A stretch of DNA of 64,000 nt from Candidatus Caldarchaeum sp. (GTDB lineage Archaea; Thermoproteota; Nitrososphaeria_A; Caldarchaeales; Caldarchaeaceae): NCBI GenBank assembly GCA_038844785.1, contig JAWBRA010000004.1, positions 12,225 to 76,224 on the forward strand, given 5' to 3'. A model generated the notes under the pieces. The model had not been told where the DNA came from, searched no databases, and saw nothing but the letters and a program-made list of their open reading frames with translations. A program made the position numbers and the translations under genes. Shown one piece after another: positions 60,904-64,000 of the stretch (its first letter is position 1; every line of letters starts with the position of its first letter).

Positions 60904-61188
60904 ATGTTGAGCGGAGAGGAAACCATCACCGCCATAGTGGTTGCTTTCGACGGAGACGACTGCATCGTTTCAACCACGTCACCCATGAGCTCTGACGAGC
61001 TGGAGAAGCTTGTCGGCTGCGAGGTGCTTTACGAAGACTTTAGAGGTGATATCTGGCGGGGGATTGTTGTGGGACTTTATGAGGGCGATACTTTGAGGGT
61101 TAAGTTCTCGGAGGAGGCCATATCTCAGGGCGGTCCATCGGGGCTAGGTCAGGGAAGCATGGTGACGATAATGCCGAGAAAAGGTTAA
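60904..61188 (+). CDS. Small acidic beta-barrel protein resembling the ribosomal eL33 (L35Ae) fold
   Basis: KLVGCEVLYED-x-x-G-x-x-WRGIVV...LRVKF...G-x-x-VTI. Confidence 0.55.
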   Translation: MLSGEETITAIVVAFDGDDCIVSTTSPMSSDELEKLVGCEVLYEDFRGDIWRGIVVGLYEGDTLRVKFSEEAISQGGPSGLGQGSMVTIMPRKG

Positions 61189-61212
61189 ACATTTGTGATT
61201 CACAGCTGACGC

Positions 61213-61749
61213 ATGGACGAGTTTACCCAATCTTTGGTGAGAGACCACGAAACCATCCTTAAGGCCGTCAACAGACTGGAAGAAAGGGTGGAGGAATGGC
61301 GGCGGCTCAACACAGTGGATGTCGACAGATTGAAAAGGTTTATCGAGTTTGCTAGATTTTTTACCGACAGATGCCATCACGGCAAGGAGGAGAGATGTCT
61401 CTTCCCATGCATGGAGAGACGTGGGATACCGCGTGAGGGCGGGCCTATAGGTGTTATGCTTTACGAGCATGAGCTCGGCCGTCAGCTAATAAGGAGTTTA
61501 GAACAATCCGCTGAATCATATTCCAAAACTGGGAAGGGGCTTGAGAATCTTTTGAGCATCTGCGCAGACTACGTCAGCCTGATTAGACAGCATATCGAGA
61601 AGGAAAACAACATTCTCTTCCCCATGGCGGAGAGCGTGGCGTCAGACGAGGACAGAAACAGCACAATCAGCTGCTACGAAAAGGTCGAGTCAGTAGAGGT
61701 CGGCGTGGAACTGCATCACAGGCTTGAGAAACTGGCAGAAGAAATTTAA
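61213..61749 (+). CDS. Hemerythrin-like domain protein
   Basis: DH, CHHGKEE..LFP, EH, HIEKENNILFP. Confidence 0.92.
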   Translation: MDEFTQSLVRDHETILKAVNRLEERVEEWRRLNTVDVDRLKRFIEFARFFTDRCHHGKEERCLFPCMERRGIPREGGPIGVMLYEHELGRQLIRSLEQSAESYSKTGKGLENLLSICADYVSLIRQHIEKENNILFPMAESVASDEDRNSTISCYEKVESVEVGVELHHRLEKLAEEI

Positions 61750-61754
61750 CATAA

Positions 61755-61854
61755 TGCTCCGGCCGGGATTTGAACCCGGGTCTCCGGCTCGAAAGGCCGG
61801 CATACTTGACCGGGCTATAGTCGGCGGCCTGATTGAGCAAGCCTCTACCGGAGC
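61755..61854 (-). tRNA. tRNA-Glu(UUC) with 25-nt intron at position 10/11 (exons 61854-61845 and 61819-61755)
   Basis: Spliced form GCTCCGGTAG-TATAGCCCGGTCAAGTATGCCGGCCTTTCGAGCCGGAGACCCGGGTTCAAATCCCGGCCGGAGCA folds into a cloverleaf; BHB-type junction; CCA not encoded. Confidence 0.92.
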
Positions 61855-62088
61855 GTCCGAACCGGAGCCGCCAGGTACTTGGTAAGCCGATAGTTTAACC
61901 TTTAGCTGTTGGAAGACGCTGCGACAGCAAGATTAATATTGTAAGCTTTGAGGAAGCTGCCTTACAAGCTTCGAGAAGACATGTTCCATGATGTAAAACC
62001 TGAATCCAGCTTGTCCGTGTGGAGAAATCGCAGGAGCGTTTTTAAGACGGCAGTTGTCTGTAAAATTGTGCCGGTTTTCAAGAGATAC

Positions 62089-62505
62089 ATGAGATACACG
62101 CCCATCAAAGCCTCCGACCTTATGTCTACACCTCCGGTCACGGCTCCAGAAGATACTACGGTTGAGGAGGTCGCTAGGCTTATGTGGGATAAAGGTGTTG
62201 GAAGCGTTTTGATAGTTGACCGTGAACAGCGTCTTGTCGGGATTTTGACGGAGAGGGACATGCTTTACGCGTCATCGCATCTATTGTTCGGTAAAGATGT
62301 TAAAGCAAAGTCAATAATGTCTAAAAACCTTGTAACAGCCTCACCTGATGAAGAGGTTGCCTCAATCGTGGAGAAGATGAAAGATTTTAACATCAGGCAT
62401 ATCCCGGTGGTTGACTCTGGTGGAAAGCCTGTAGGTGTTGTTTCATCCCGTGATGTGCTAGACTTCGGCGTAAGGCTTCTAAGCCTTTTCATGAGGTCAG
62501 GATAG
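62089..62505 (+). CDS. CBS-pair protein
   Basis: Two CBS repeats; start likely ATG 62089. Confidence 0.88.
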   Translation: MRYTPIKASDLMSTPPVTAPEDTTVEEVARLMWDKGVGSVLIVDREQRLVGILTERDMLYASSHLLFGKDVKAKSIMSKNLVTASPDEEVASIVEKMKDFNIRHIPVVDSGGKPVGVVSSRDVLDFGVRLLSLFMRSG

Positions 62506-64000
62506 GAGGGGGATGATTGAAAGCAGTTCGGAAAAACCTCTGTGTCTCCGAGCGTTTAGGTAGGGTTTTTTCAGATCATCCAGCGGGCATGTTTTCCCCG
62601 CATTCCTGCCGGCGAGCATAGGTTCTTCGAGAAATCTTTTCGGCAAAACATCTTGATTCCTTCCGATTCCGTACGCCGTGTTTAGCCAGCTCTCCATTGA
62701 CAGGATTTTCTCTCCCAAATCCGTGAAATCCTACCTGAAGCTCATTCCGTAGAACGCCTCAAATCCTTCAGCATAATCTTCCTGCGAGAATGCGAGGCTT
62801 GAAGAAGCACAGACACCTAACGAATCCAGCACAGCCACCTCCAGCTGCTTTGCGTACACTCTGCCGGCTATCCTCTCTGGGTCAAGGCCGTCATGGTATA
62901 TTGTTTTAACGCCTAGGGATTCGAAGCATTTAACCAGCGTAGGGTAGACCCAGACGTGAACCGCTCCCCCGAAGCTTTCGACGCTGTTAACCAAGCCCCA
63001 TGCAGGCTCGGCTCTAGGGTCAGCGTTTTGGATGCTGATGTTCTTGACGGTGGGAGCTGTGTCAGGGTCGCCGAAAAATTCAGCGGTCGCGAATGCCCCT
63101 CCAGCCAACACCTCTCCCACACCTTCCTTATACGCCGTTTTCTGAATCAAGGAGGCCATAGCTCTGGTCTCCCCAGCTAAGCGTTGGCCTCGCATGTCCT
63201 CTCTCCGACAAGTCGGCGTAAACGGCGAGGGTGTTGCCCATCTCAACCGGGTCGACACCCATTTCATAGCACAGTTGAGTTAGGTAAGCGGTTTGTTCAA
63301 GGTCGTAGACCATGCAGTTCGTCCCGAGGGATGATATCTGCGCGTAATCAGGACCTTCGCCTCTCAAACCATATCCCATGGTTTCACGCCTGCATGAAAC
63401 CGGGCATGTAGAGCATGTAAGCCTAGCTATCAGAACGGATTTTGACAACACGTGCCCGCCCAATCTTTCGTAGCCGTTGAAAGATGTGAGACGATAGTTC
63501 TTCACAGGGATTGCCTCTCCTTTTCCCAAGGCTTCTGCGGCGATGGCTGTGCCGTGGACGGCTAGCAAACCTTTTTCGTGGTTCAGAAGGTTTGAGCTAG
63601 CCATTTTTAAATATTCTAAGCAAGCGTGTGAACCTTAGGGGGTTGTGGGGCCTCCTAAACTCATGTTTACGCCCTTTTAAAACGATGGCCTTCAGGTTTT
63701 TCAAGCCGAAGACCGCTCCGACGCCGTGGCGAACGCCGCTAGCCCTTCCCATGTCGTTTACAACCGTTGAAATTTTAACCATCCTCTCCCCAGCCGGCCC
63801 CATGGCCAGCACACGGCAATCCCCGTAAACCTGCTTCAGCTTCGCGCAAGTCTGAACAGCACCAAGCCCTCGTAGGTTTTCTCCGTCAAACAAGGAGACG
63901 CCTTTCGAACCGATCAAAAGATACGACAGCCTATCTGCGGAGCCTGTGATGACTAAAGCATTTACACCAAGTCCAGCTAATTCGTAGGCCGCATATCCTT
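62497..64000 (-). pseudogene. Aldehyde:ferredoxin oxidoreductase (W/Mo AOR family) pseudogene, runs off the window
   Basis: Fragments in several frames: GPAGE...GVGAVFGLKNLKAI, CSTCPVSC, EGPDY, DSLGVC, DVLPKRF. Confidence 0.85.

Noticed and set aside
61855-61868. Second tRNA intron or an integration (att) scar
   Set aside because: No BHB geometry for any 14-nt excision register; the duplication is only 8 bp, at the 5' end, with no integrase nearby

Overview
Gene-dense 64 kb of an archaeal chromosome, most likely TACK. Supporting genes are a single-OB crenarchaeal-type SSB, eS25, class I LysRS, RadA, EgsA, a geranylgeranyl reductase, Taw1/Taw2 and a BHB tRNA intron. The content resembles Caldarchaeales (Aigarchaeota), but that placement is an inference. 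Most genes are housekeeping: molybdopterin synthesis, NAD salvage, tRNA synthetases, a 2-oxoacid:ferredoxin oxidoreductase, lipid synthesis and ribosome quality control. Decayed loci include an IS110-like remnant, a GT4 fragment, DsrE/TusA, citrate synthase and AOR. Main highlights: (1) a two-fold symmetric stem/internal-loop structure directly downstream of the IS110-like remnant that resembles a bridge/seek guide RNA and spells a TATA-like site; (2) a coiled-coil/Zn-ribbon, winged-helix and Hjc-like nuclease operon; (3) tRNA-Glu(UUC) with a BHB intron at 10/11 and a leader duplicating its 5' acceptor strand; (4) a DNA methyltransferase interrupted at a CTT-TAA shifty stop; (5) a phosphomevalonate-decarboxylase-like enzyme with Asp replaced by Gln; (6) MoaD with a masked GG; (7) an acidic eL33-fold protein and an EMC6-like protein. 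All calls come from reading motifs by eye; no database searches were run.
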